This document shows, piece by piece, positions 1-8,499 of a stretch of DNA of 33,739 bases. Each line of letters begins with the position of its first letter. Position 1 is the stretch's first letter. Source of the DNA: a virus (taxonomy: Duplodnaviria > Caudoviricetes); IMG/VR virus record IMGVR_UViG_3300030397_000460, positions 1 through 33,739 of that record; one strand, written 5' to 3'. The position numbers and the translations under genes are program-made. The notes under the pieces are model-generated. The model searched no databases and was not told where the DNA came from. It saw nothing but the letters and a program-made list of their open reading frames with translations.

Positions 1-279
1 GGTCAGCCGCGCACCTGCAACACGCTGTTTGACTCCAATATCGCAAGCCTTGACATGGGCCATGCACAGGGCGGCGGTACTATTCTGGACGCACTAGATA
101 ACACCATCCAAAACCATACCGGCTCGATCACGCTGGATAACGAGACCGGTACCACCGATAACCGGAACGGCGCACAAACCTATACTTGTCCCGCGGCAGC
201 GGCCATGAATGATGGCCAGGCAGGCCCTGACGCCATGCCAAACGCCACACAAGCCTATAAAGACGCGAGGGGCCTATGA
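1..279 (+). CDS. 3' end of a gene truncated by the window edge; Asn/Thr/Gly-rich, possibly a beta-helix or virion-associated protein
   Basis: Frame 1 is open from base 1 to TGA 277-279, which overlaps the next ATG (ATGA 276-279). Confidence 0.6.
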   Translation, partial: GQPRTCNTLFDSNIASLDMGHAQGGGTILDALDNTIQNHTGSITLDNETGTTDNRNGAQTYTCPAAAAMNDGQAGPDAMPNATQAYKDARGL

Positions 280-2366
280 GGAGGTTATTGGCAATTATCG
301 GCCTTCTGGCGGCCTGTGAGGCGGTCATGGCGGCCAATCCCGCACTGACCTGCGGCACGGTTGCCAGTTGTGAGGGTGCAACGTCTTGTGAGGTCACACC
401 GCCAACGGTTGCCAATGATGACCTGATGGTATTGCTGGCCGGCGCCACGGATAGCAGCGCCTTCCCGGCCGACCTTGAAATCAACGAATCCGGCTGGACG
501 CAGCGCGGCCAGATTGAGGACGCCACCGGTAACGACCGTGAGCTGATCGTCGAAACCAAAATCGCGGCATCAGAATCAGGCACCTACACAGTGCGTCTGG
601 CCGATGACAGCAGCACCACATTCGATGCGGTGATTTGCGTCATTCCGGATGGTGACTTCAACGCCTCGTCGATTCTGGATGGCACCGTGGTTACAGACGG
701 CGCCAATAACGTCAATAGCTGGAATCCGACCAGCCACGTTACGGCCACCGATAACGCGCTGAGTGTGCTATTTATGCTCGCCGGTCAGGCCAACACGGGT
801 GACAACAACTGCAACAGTCCGCCCAGTGGATACACTGAGGAGGCGGAATTATTCGATAGCAGCATCGCCCGGCTGTTCTGCGTCTGGGAGAATACCGTCG
901 AAACCGCCGGCACCGAGGACCCGGGCGAGATTACCGGCATTAGCACCTCGAACGCCGCTGATCCGAACGGCATTTTGTTCTCGATCTCGCCGGCCGCAGC
1001 GGTGCCTGCTTTTTCCTCGGCGGTCACGCTTGATGACTGCACCGCCACGCAATGTACGTTTGATTTCACCACCGACAGCACCGGCACGGTGTTTGCCGCG
1101 GCCTATACCCCGGGCGCCAGCGCACCCGCCAACTGCGATGCGGTAGAGACCGGCACGGGCGCCGAGGACACCGCTTCAGTGGCGGTGGTTGCCAGTGTGG
1201 CCAATTCGATCACGCTGGATGTGGTTTTTCCCTCACATGATTTCTATTTCTGCCCAGAGAACTCGCTGGATGTAGACGGCTCGGTGTCCAGCATCGTGGC
1301 CCAGCTTCGCGATGCCGCGACCGGGTATCAGCTTGTGACCAATGTTGGTCTTTCGGCGACCAGCGTATTTGCAACGCCAACCGATACCACCTGTGATGTG
1401 ACCTCAGGCAATACCACGATCAGTGGCTGTGGCGACACCTCAGACTTCGCGGTGGGTATGTTGGCAACCATTTCTAGTGGATTTCCGACCACCGACGTTT
1501 ACCGCATCACCAACAAAACCAGCAGTTCACTGACCTTTGACACCGCGCCAACGTCCTCACCGTCAAATGTGACTGTTACGGGCTTTTTAGAGCCTGATGG
1601 CGGGGCGTTTTTCGACCCGGTCATATCGGCAAACGACATTTTTGAGGTCCAGACCACCTCCAGCATCGGCGGCACGGTGACCTGGGAAACCGATCTGGAC
1701 ATGAAATATGTGGCCGACAGCGGCGAGGAGCAGGACTTCGCCGAGATAAAGTTCTGCTCACAGGACGAATCCGACAGCACCGGAGAATTCACAAGTCCCG
1801 CTTGCTGGACCGGCAGTTTTGCCAGCATCTATCACAACAACGTCCCGCCAAGTTTTGATATTGAGGCGGTGGCGTCGATTTCCTTGCCGGTCGGCTCGGC
1901 AATGGACAGCATCGATTTCAACAATCTGTGCAGCCATTCAAACCTGTCACCGGCAACCGAGTTGCGGGTCGGCTCCAGTCTGCCCGCCAGCCTGACCATG
2001 AGCAATGGCACGGTCTCTGGCACTGTGTCTGTGGAGAATGAGGCCGGCTTTAGTGTGGATATTTGGTGTGGTGCGGGTGGTCTTTTTGACCTGCAAACCT
2101 GGACCGCCTACCCGGTGGATACCTGGACCATGACCAATATTGTCGGCCTGACTCAGACCGCCGCGGAGACCGCGATTGTCAGTGATGCCCCGTGGCGTGA
2201 GGGTGACGGCATCCAGACCTCACTGGCCTGCTCTGACTCGGTGGCCTCAGGTAATATAATCAGCCAAACGCCAACCGCCGCCACAGAGGTTGCGGCAGAG
2301 GTTGCGATTACCGCAATCATTTCGGACGGCACCAAATGCGCAACACGGAGGCGCGGATTCCAATGA
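276..2366 (+). CDS. Secreted multidomain Cys-rich protein (696 aa): signal peptide, beta-sandwich/Ig-like domains, C-terminal PASTA domain
   Basis: N-terminus MRRLLAIIGLLAACEAVMA is signal-peptide-like; Ig-like LPASLTMSNGTVSGT; 2130-2330 encodes MTNIVGLTQTAAETAI...SDSVASGNIISQTPTAATEVAAEVAITAIISDG, matching the PASTA consensus. RBS-like GAGGGG before the ATG. Confidence 0.75.
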   Translation: MRRLLAIIGLLAACEAVMAANPALTCGTVASCEGATSCEVTPPTVANDDLMVLLAGATDSSAFPADLEINESGWTQRGQIEDATGNDRELIVETKIAASESGTYTVRLADDSSTTFDAVICVIPDGDFNASSILDGTVVTDGANNVNSWNPTSHVTATDNALSVLFMLAGQANTGDNNCNSPPSGYTEEAELFDSSIARLFCVWENTVETAGTEDPGEITGISTSNAADPNGILFSISPAAAVPAFSSAVTLDDCTATQCTFDFTTDSTGTVFAAAYTPGASAPANCDAVETGTGAEDTASVAVVASVANSITLDVVFPSHDFYFCPENSLDVDGSVSSIVAQLRDAATGYQLVTNVGLSATSVFATPTDTTCDVTSGNTTISGCGDTSDFAVGMLATISSGFPTTDVYRITNKTSSSLTFDTAPTSSPSNVTVTGFLEPDGGAFFDPVISANDIFEVQTTSSIGGTVTWETDLDMKYVADSGEEQDFAEIKFCSQDESDSTGEFTSPACWTGSFASIYHNNVPPSFDIEAVASISLPVGSAMDSIDFNNLCSHSNLSPATELRVGSSLPASLTMSNGTVSGTVSVENEAGFSVDIWCGAGGLFDLQTWTAYPVDTWTMTNIVGLTQTAAETAIVSDAPWREGDGIQTSLACSDSVASGNIISQTPTAATEVAAEVAITAIISDGTKCATRRRGFQ

Positions 2367-3064
2367 AAACACTCCTACCCCTGATTTTATTGGCGCTATG
2401 CGCACCCTCAGAGGCGCAATTTCACCGCAACAACGGCGAGACCTCGAACGTCATCGGCCCGCTTTGCATACCCGAGTTCACGGGCTCCGAGCTTTTCGAT
2501 GTTGATTTCAATACGGCCAATTTACAAATCGACATCTACGCCAGTGGCAACGGGGTCAATACCGCGTTCAGCTACACCGGCGGCAATATCGATGATTACG
2601 ATGGCGCGCCACCTGCTTGGGGTGCGCCCGCCTCGAGCGCCGTTGAGGTTGAGGACGATGACGAATGTGTTCGCCTGCATATACGGGACGAGGTGTTTTC
2701 GGTCTCAGGGGCCACAGAGTGGGCCATCAAGTTCACCGATGGTGCCTCAGATAACATCATGGACTGGACGTTTTACGTCACGGCGGACAGCGATGATTTT
2801 GTTATTCAGTCTGGTACCTGTGATTCCGGAAGCACCACCACTTGCGTTGATGCCGCTCTGACCGAGACCGATTCAGGCTATTGGCGCCGCGGTGTGGCGA
2901 TTAAGTTCACATCCGGGACTATCCAGAACCAGACTTTTTGCATCACGGCTTTTGCCGATGGCACAGACACCCTGACATTCACACCGGCAGCCACACAGGC
3001 GGTGTCCACGAACAGTTATACTCTGATCGTTGATGCGATTTGCGGAGGCGTGGGCGCGCTCTGA
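2363..3064 (+). CDS. Secreted virion-protein-like protein (233 aa)
   Basis: ATGA-coupled start at 2363; signal peptide MKTLLPLILLALCAPSEA; the C-terminal GTCDSGSTTTCVD...YW...IKFTSGT..NQTFCIT...TLTF module resembles a recurrent phage structural beta-domain. Confidence 0.7.
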   Translation: MKTLLPLILLALCAPSEAQFHRNNGETSNVIGPLCIPEFTGSELFDVDFNTANLQIDIYASGNGVNTAFSYTGGNIDDYDGAPPAWGAPASSAVEVEDDDECVRLHIRDEVFSVSGATEWAIKFTDGASDNIMDWTFYVTADSDDFVIQSGTCDSGSTTTCVDAALTETDSGYWRRGVAIKFTSGTIQNQTFCITAFADGTDTLTFTPAATQAVSTNSYTLIVDAICGGVGAL

Positions 3065-3276
3065 TGGCCGAGGAAAACTATTTTAGGTCTGGTTACTTAC
3101 GTCCCGGCTATGACCGCGATGGGTATTTTCGCGGCGAGGGATCAACCGAATCCGATTCAGAGGGCTCTGATGCGGGCCGCAAGTATGTGGAACGCCGGCC
3201 CAAGCGCCGGCATCGCAAGCTGAATACCGTGATGATGGGCGCGCACAACCGCAACAAAGTGCCGGGAACGCTGTAA
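3064..3276 (+). CDS. Small protein (70 aa) with a Y(F/L/D)RxGY-type repeat at the N-terminus and an Arg/Lys-rich C-terminus
   Basis: TGATG coupling at 3062-3066; sequence NYFRSGYLRPGYDRDGYFRG...RRPKRRHRK. Confidence 0.6.
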   Translation: MAEENYFRSGYLRPGYDRDGYFRGEGSTESDSEGSDAGRKYVERRPKRRHRKLNTVMMGAHNRNKVPGTL

Positions 3277-3287
3277 AGGGCTATACT
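3259..3287 (+). promoter_or_regulatory. Putative sigma70-type promoter
   Basis: GTGCCG (3259-3264), a 17-nt spacer and TATACT (3282-3287), at one of the few intergenic gaps, upstream of 3323. Confidence 0.4.
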
Positions 3288-3322
3288 TGCCGTGAATTTT
3301 CATTTGGCTACGAGGGATCGAT

Positions 3323-3760
3323 ATGCCAGCGACTGACGTACTTGAATCGGAGTTGTTAAATTTAATATTTCTCAACACTGCCTTTGACAATATCGGTGAC
3401 GCATCAGGGATTGGCGGCTCTACCGCCGCAGGAAATCTCGAAATTAGTCTGCATACCGGCACACTGGGTGACACATCGAATCAAAACACCACTGAGGCCG
3501 CCTATACCTCCTATGCGCGCGTTGATGTAGCCAGAGCCGCCGCGCAGTGGACTGAAGCCTCAGGAACGGTTGACAATGACAACGCCGTGACCTTCCCGGC
3601 AGCCACCGGTGGCTCAGAAACCGAGACTGATTTTGGTATTGGTTCTGATGTGGTGGCCAACGAGCTTTGGATTTATGGCGCCTTAAACTCATCGCTTGCG
3701 GTTAGCTCGGGAATCACGCCGGAATTTGCTGCCGGCGCGCTTGATATATCTTTGACTTGA
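3323..3760 (+). CDS. Small beta-rich phage fibre/decoration subunit (Gp80-like 'tail fiber protein' family)
   Basis: Typical pattern LE..LL.L.F.N...LEISLHTG...EAAYTSYARV.V...N...VTFP.ATG...L..G.L.....V..G....FAAGAL.ISL. Confidence 0.7.
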   Translation: MPATDVLESELLNLIFLNTAFDNIGDASGIGGSTAAGNLEISLHTGTLGDTSNQNTTEAAYTSYARVDVARAAAQWTEASGTVDNDNAVTFPAATGGSETETDFGIGSDVVANELWIYGALNSSLAVSSGITPEFAAGALDISLT

Positions 3761-4050
3761 TGGACGACCCGCAATCAAGGCTGACCCGAAAATCGCCTAA
3801 AATACAGACGATTGCGCCGACTGTTCTTGAGTCCACCGATATGGTGGTGTGGCATGAGGGCGATCTTGTTTTTGTTAAGATAAAAGACAAGGTTTTGAAG
3901 CTGCACTATTCCAGTGCAATCGAGCTTTCAACCCTGCTGAGAAATCACGGCAAGCAATCCAAGAATATATCCGGGGATTTTTCCAAACACTGGTCCTGTT
4001 TTGCGGCACTTGCCGATGCCGAGGAAAACGACAAGCGCAATTTTCGCTGA
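3760..4050 (+). CDS. Hypothetical protein (96 aa)
   Basis: TGATG-coupled to the previous gene; fills the operon gap. Confidence 0.55.
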   Translation: MDDPQSRLTRKSPKIQTIAPTVLESTDMVVWHEGDLVFVKIKDKVLKLHYSSAIELSTLLRNHGKQSKNISGDFSKHWSCFAALADAEENDKRNFR

Positions 4051-4558
4051 TCTGGTAGCGCATCCGGTTATCCTGGTCACGGGGTTTCATCGTTCTGGGA
4101 CCACCATCGCCGCCAAGATGATTGCCCACGACACCGGGCATGACTTCGTGCGTGAGGAGGAGTTCAACTTCACCAATGTTGAAGCCTTCGAGTGCATGAT
4201 TGAGGCCGACTATGGGCCGAAGGTCATTCAATGCCCGTTCATGGCCTGTCGCATTCACCACTACACGGATTGTTTTGTGGTCTGGATGGTGCGCCCGATT
4301 GAGGAAATCAAAGCCTCAATCTCGCAGATGCAAACCCCGGCCGGCGAGCAGCTATTCGGGCATGGCTGGCTGGCTCGGGAAATGGCTGCCTATCACACCG
4401 AACGTGACCTGTTCGAGGTCAAACAAGAAAACTGGGAGTTACAACGCGAGCGCGTCCAGCACCTGGAATTGCCGTATCATAGCCTGGTAAACCACCCGCT
4501 ATGGGTGCCCAAAGAGCAAAGGGATTGGCACTACAGGGCAACGGAACATGCAGCGTGA
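4016..4558 (+). CDS. Sulfotransferase-like P-loop protein
   Basis: 5'-PSB-like motif VILVTGFHRSGTT, 3'-PB-like VVWMVRPIEEIKAS, and a downstream LPYHSLV motif. Confidence 0.65.
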   Translation: MPRKTTSAIFADLVAHPVILVTGFHRSGTTIAAKMIAHDTGHDFVREEEFNFTNVEAFECMIEADYGPKVIQCPFMACRIHHYTDCFVVWMVRPIEEIKASISQMQTPAGEQLFGHGWLAREMAAYHTERDLFEVKQENWELQRERVQHLELPYHSLVNHPLWVPKEQRDWHYRATEHAA

Positions 4559-6059
4559 AATTGTTTCATCCAGAACCGAGCGCAGCAAAAGCTGGTTTGA
4601 ACAGGGCACCGGCAAAGGCACGGTGTCATGTTCGATGGGCCGATTTCATTACGAGTCGAGCGAGGGCTCTGGTCAATTCGATGCCGAGTATGACTTTCAG
4701 TTACAGCGGGTAAACACTACGCGCCTAAACGGCTATCGCATCACCGCCAGTACTTGGCATTTTGAAATCCAGACCGAGGCACCGACCGGGCCACAGCCAC
4801 CACAAGGCAGCCACGGCTATGGTGGCAAACGCGGCCAGCACTGGGTCAGGCAGCGCCTGGATGAGGTGGTATTCGCGCGCATCAGCGACGGTACCCGCAC
4901 CCAGATTGGCAAAGTCAGCTATGACTCGGCCAATATCGTCATCACCAATTTTGATCGCCAAGTCGGCCCGAACAAGCAGCGGTTTACGGCAGGCGCCGAG
5001 GTCCGTTGGAATAACGTGCTCACGCTGGGTGCCGGCAATATCAGCATTGTCTGGACGGTCAGCGCGAAGGGTGTCAGGCAGGATGTGATCATGGACGAGA
5101 CGGCGCGCGCGGTGGTCGATGCCCTGCCGCAATCGTGGGCCGCAACCGACACCCTACTTGGCTTTGTGGTGGACATGGACTGGCGCGACGTACCCACGCG
5201 CAAGATGCGTGATGTGCCGCTCGGTGATGGCTCCGACCTCTGGGACGATGGCGACCCGATGATCCTCGAGAACGCACAAGGCGAGAAACTGGGCGAGATG
5301 CGCCAGACCTTTGCTTATGCACAAAACCGCGGCGGCACCGCCCCCATGCACCGACGTTTTTTTCGTGAGTCAGCGCGGGACTTGTTGGTGTATGGCTTGC
5401 GCATGGACGATTACGCCAACTTTTTGCCCGGTGATTTGATATTCGACCCGGATATATCTGAGGATGTCGCCGCCGAGGCCGATGATGGCTATGAAAACCA
5501 GGCCGGCACGTTTGTTGATTTCTATAGCTTCGGTGGCGTTGATCGTTTGTATGCCGGTCAGTATGACGCGACCTATGAATACGATTCGGTGTATCGCTTC
5601 ACATCGGTTGATGGTCCTGTCCGCGGTGACACCATTGATTCGGCGACCATTACGCTTTTCCGAGTCACCGGTGCAAACACGGTAGACATCCTGGTTGACT
5701 GTGATGTAGGCGCCAATCGACAGGATGCGCCGAGTTCAAGTCATAGACCCGACAGCGGCTGGACCTCAGGCACACAAGTCAGCACCACGATTTCAGGCGC
5801 GGCGCCCAATGGTGACAAGGTATCGGGGGATTTCGCCAGTGCTGTGCAGTCAGTGATTGATCTGGCTGCTTGGGCCAGCGGGCAGAATATCTGCGTGGCG
5901 GTGAGGAGCGATAACAACACCGCCGGCACTTACATTGGCCATCATTCAGGGGGCGAGACCAACCCGGCGACGCTGGATATAAGCTACACCGTTGGTGCGC
6001 CATTCCTGCCCATTTTTGCGGACGGCCAGAAGCGCCGCAATCCCTTGTTGAGGCGCTGA
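4548..6059 (+). CDS. Putative virion protein with a C-terminal DNRLRE-like beta-sandwich (503 aa)
   Basis: C-terminal third has ADDGYE...YRFTSVDGP..DTIDSATITL...ATLDISYT, followed by the Arg-rich tail KRRNPLLRR. Confidence 0.55.
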   Translation: MQREIVSSRTERSKSWFEQGTGKGTVSCSMGRFHYESSEGSGQFDAEYDFQLQRVNTTRLNGYRITASTWHFEIQTEAPTGPQPPQGSHGYGGKRGQHWVRQRLDEVVFARISDGTRTQIGKVSYDSANIVITNFDRQVGPNKQRFTAGAEVRWNNVLTLGAGNISIVWTVSAKGVRQDVIMDETARAVVDALPQSWAATDTLLGFVVDMDWRDVPTRKMRDVPLGDGSDLWDDGDPMILENAQGEKLGEMRQTFAYAQNRGGTAPMHRRFFRESARDLLVYGLRMDDYANFLPGDLIFDPDISEDVAAEADDGYENQAGTFVDFYSFGGVDRLYAGQYDATYEYDSVYRFTSVDGPVRGDTIDSATITLFRVTGANTVDILVDCDVGANRQDAPSSSHRPDSGWTSGTQVSTTISGAAPNGDKVSGDFASAVQSVIDLAAWASGQNICVAVRSDNNTAGTYIGHHSGGETNPATLDISYTVGAPFLPIFADGQKRRNPLLRR

Positions 6060-6060
6060 T

Positions 6061-6243
6061 ATGTCCAAGCATAAAGGCGGCAAGGTTTATCACGAGCGGT
6101 TCGAGAAAAAGAACCAGGGACTCAACCCGCGTGGCTGGGAGCATTGGCACGAAACCGACTGTCCCTGTTCTATTTGCGACCACAAAACTCAGGAGGAGTG
6201 CGACCGGGCAGGCTGTGATTGCTGCTCGTCGTTCTGTACCTGA
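6061..6243 (+). CDS. Small Cys/His-rich, metallothionein-like protein (60 aa)
   Basis: 8 Cys in the last 27 aa; starts 1 nt after the upstream stop and is TGATG-coupled downstream. Confidence 0.55.
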   Translation: MSKHKGGKVYHERFEKKNQGLNPRGWEHWHETDCPCSICDHKTQEECDRAGCDCCSSFCT

Positions 6244-8036
6244 TGGCCGACAAACTCGTATACACCGGTGGAACCATTGCCAACATTTATGGCGGTATGG
6301 GCACGGGTTGGAACAATGACAATGGATTTTTCCCGACCAGTGCGGTCACGGGCTTTGGCTCATACAACGATACCACCGGCATCATCACCGCGCCGGCAAG
6401 TGGGTTGCCTGATGCCATTGGTATTGCCTGGAATGTCGAGCTTGAGGACACCAGCAACGGGCGGTGTTGCCCATCCTCTCGATTCACACAGGCCAGCGGC
6501 ACGGCTGATGCCTTCAGTTCCACGCAAGTCAGTGGCTATAACCGAGATACATCAGAGGACCGCGCGTTTTTGACCGGCTTTGCCATTGCGGTCGGCATGA
6601 GCGCCAGTTCCACGTTTCAATTCCAGACCCGGCGCGATACGGATGCGCCGAATTCCGCCGATGGCAGCGTGAATTCCACATTGATGGTGTTCCCGATCTA
6701 TTTCTCGGCGATTGGCGTTTATAGCAGCACCGATGCCTCATTGAACGGCGGCACCACGCCGAACCTGGTGGATGGCTGGACTGCTGACTATCAATCGGAT
6801 ACCGCACAAATTGAACTGGTATCAAACCAAATCGAGTGCAAAGGCGATAACAAAACCTATTGGATCATCGGTGGATACTCCACGGTGGGCGGTGGTGGCA
6901 GCCGAACACAGCGCATCATGCAATTAAGGACCGACACCACGCCAGAGGTCATGGCCTACATGATGAAACGCAATGCCTCCAATGATGTGGTCGGCATGAT
7001 GGCGCATAACATGCTTCAGACCGTGACCGCCACGCGCGATGTGGATATGTACGTGTTCCGAGGTCAGGGCGTGGCTGCCAGAGATGGTGGCGCTGATGTG
7101 GATGCCGGCACACCGACCAGCGGCGAGCATCAACTGATTGTGATTGAGTTGAATGACGACGCCGAGACATTCAGGACCAAAGACGCCACCGCACAACAAG
7201 AATGCGCGCTGACAGGTCCTGTGGACCTGAACATATCCAGAACCAGCGATATTGACTGGAATGATTCGGCCTCGTTTACCCGTGCCAGCGATACCGCCAT
7301 GAACGTCGAGCAGGCGATGGATGCATTGGTGATGGCCAATGTGGCGCTGCCCAGAAACGGCTCAATCACCTCGGGCAGTCGCTGGACCGCGCGCGGACAT
7401 ATCACCGTCAATGGCACCGAGCAAAACCGCACCCGGCATGGTGGCTATAACCGCGGCAACCAGTCCACCACAGACGCACATGGTCTGGTGATCAATCCGG
7501 ATGGCCTGCTCACCCTTGCGGCCAATGACGATATTGGCGTCAGCATCCAGGAATTGTCAGGCACAGAGGGCGGTGCGGGTGACATTGAAACCGAGGATTT
7601 CGCCTCTGATGAGGGCGTCACCTTTATGGGCATCAACCTGGACACCCTCGAGGCGTCCGGGACCAGCCCAATTGAGGCATCAACATCCATTGCCTTTTCA
7701 GAGTCTGCATCACTCACCGGCACCGGTGCTTTGGCAGCGGCCGAGAGCATTGCATTCTCCGAGTCAGCGGCGCTGTCAGGTACAGGCGCACTAGCAGCCG
7801 CAACGGCGATTAACTTCTCAGAAAGCGCGGATCTGACCAATGCCAGTGCTGGCCAGATTGCTGCGGCGACCTCCATTGCGTTTTCAGAGAGTGCGACATT
7901 GACAGGCTATGGTGCATTAGCCGCAGCAACGGACATACAGTTTTCGGAATCAGCGGATTTGACCGGCATACTTGGCCCCGGGCCAATCGGTGACAATCTC
8001 GGTGGTATCATGATCGGAGGATTCAGGAGGGTCTAG
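6243..8036 (+). CDS. Putative virion fibre/receptor-binding protein (597 aa) with five C-terminal 20-aa repeats
   Basis: Start at TGATG 6241-6245; beta-rich Ser/Thr/Gly/Asp composition; repeats of the type GALAAATSIAFSESATLTG. Confidence 0.65.
   Translation: MADKLVYTGGTIANIYGGMGTGWNNDNGFFPTSAVTGFGSYNDTTGIITAPASGLPDAIGIAWNVELEDTSNGRCCPSSRFTQASGTADAFSSTQVSGYNRDTSEDRAFLTGFAIAVGMSASSTFQFQTRRDTDAPNSADGSVNSTLMVFPIYFSAIGVYSSTDASLNGGTTPNLVDGWTADYQSDTAQIELVSNQIECKGDNKTYWIIGGYSTVGGGGSRTQRIMQLRTDTTPEVMAYMMKRNASNDVVGMMAHNMLQTVTATRDVDMYVFRGQGVAARDGGADVDAGTPTSGEHQLIVIELNDDAETFRTKDATAQQECALTGPVDLNISRTSDIDWNDSASFTRASDTAMNVEQAMDALVMANVALPRNGSITSGSRWTARGHITVNGTEQNRTRHGGYNRGNQSTTDAHGLVINPDGLLTLAANDDIGVSIQELSGTEGGAGDIETEDFASDEGVTFMGINLDTLEASGTSPIEASTSIAFSESASLTGTGALAAAESIAFSESAALSGTGALAAATAINFSESADLTNASAGQIAAATSIAFSESATLTGYGALAAATDIQFSESADLTGILGPGPIGDNLGGIMIGGFRRV
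7665..7970 (+). repeat. 5 degenerate ~60-nt (20-aa) coding tandem repeats
   Basis: SPIEASTSIAFSESASLTGT / GALAAAESIAFSESAALSGT / GALAAATAINFSESADLTNASA / GQIAAATSIAFSESATLTGY / GALAAATDIQFSESADLTGI. Confidence 0.9.
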
Positions 8037-8037
8037 G

Positions 8038-8487
8038 ATGGCCAGAGTTTTTTACGCACCACTTGAGAATTTGAGCGTTACCAACGACGCTGACCAGGAT
8101 ATTTGGCAGTTAACCGCCGGCGCGAATGACAAGCTGGAATTGCTTGGATTTGAGTTGTATTCGGCAGCCATAGCCGCAGAAGCCCTGCGAATGCGCTTGA
8201 TTCGACGCACGACCACGGGCACAGGTACCGCAGAGCCTGAGAATGAGGCCGATGAGGGCATGACCACGGCTGCCACCGCTGCGTGTGTGTCGTTAGTCAC
8301 CACACCGGGCACGGCGGGTGAGGTATTGCAGGCGTATCAATGGGAGCAATTGGGTCCGCTCATTTATGCACCCACGCCCGAGCAGTATATCAAGGTCCAG
8401 GAGGGCGGTCGGATTGCGCTCAATCTCCTGACAGCACTGAACGCCACCACTGTCATGGATGGCTGGGTCTGCTGGCGCGAGCTGTAG
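8038..8487 (+). CDS. Small putative virion beta-sandwich protein (149 aa)
   Basis: Strong RBS (AGGAGG) upstream; alternating beta-strand pattern; sits between the two repeat proteins. Confidence 0.6.
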   Translation: MARVFYAPLENLSVTNDADQDIWQLTAGANDKLELLGFELYSAAIAAEALRMRLIRRTTTGTGTAEPENEADEGMTTAATAACVSLVTTPGTAGEVLQAYQWEQLGPLIYAPTPEQYIKVQEGGRIALNLLTALNATTVMDGWVCWREL

Positions 8488-8499
8488 TGAGGTCGGCTG

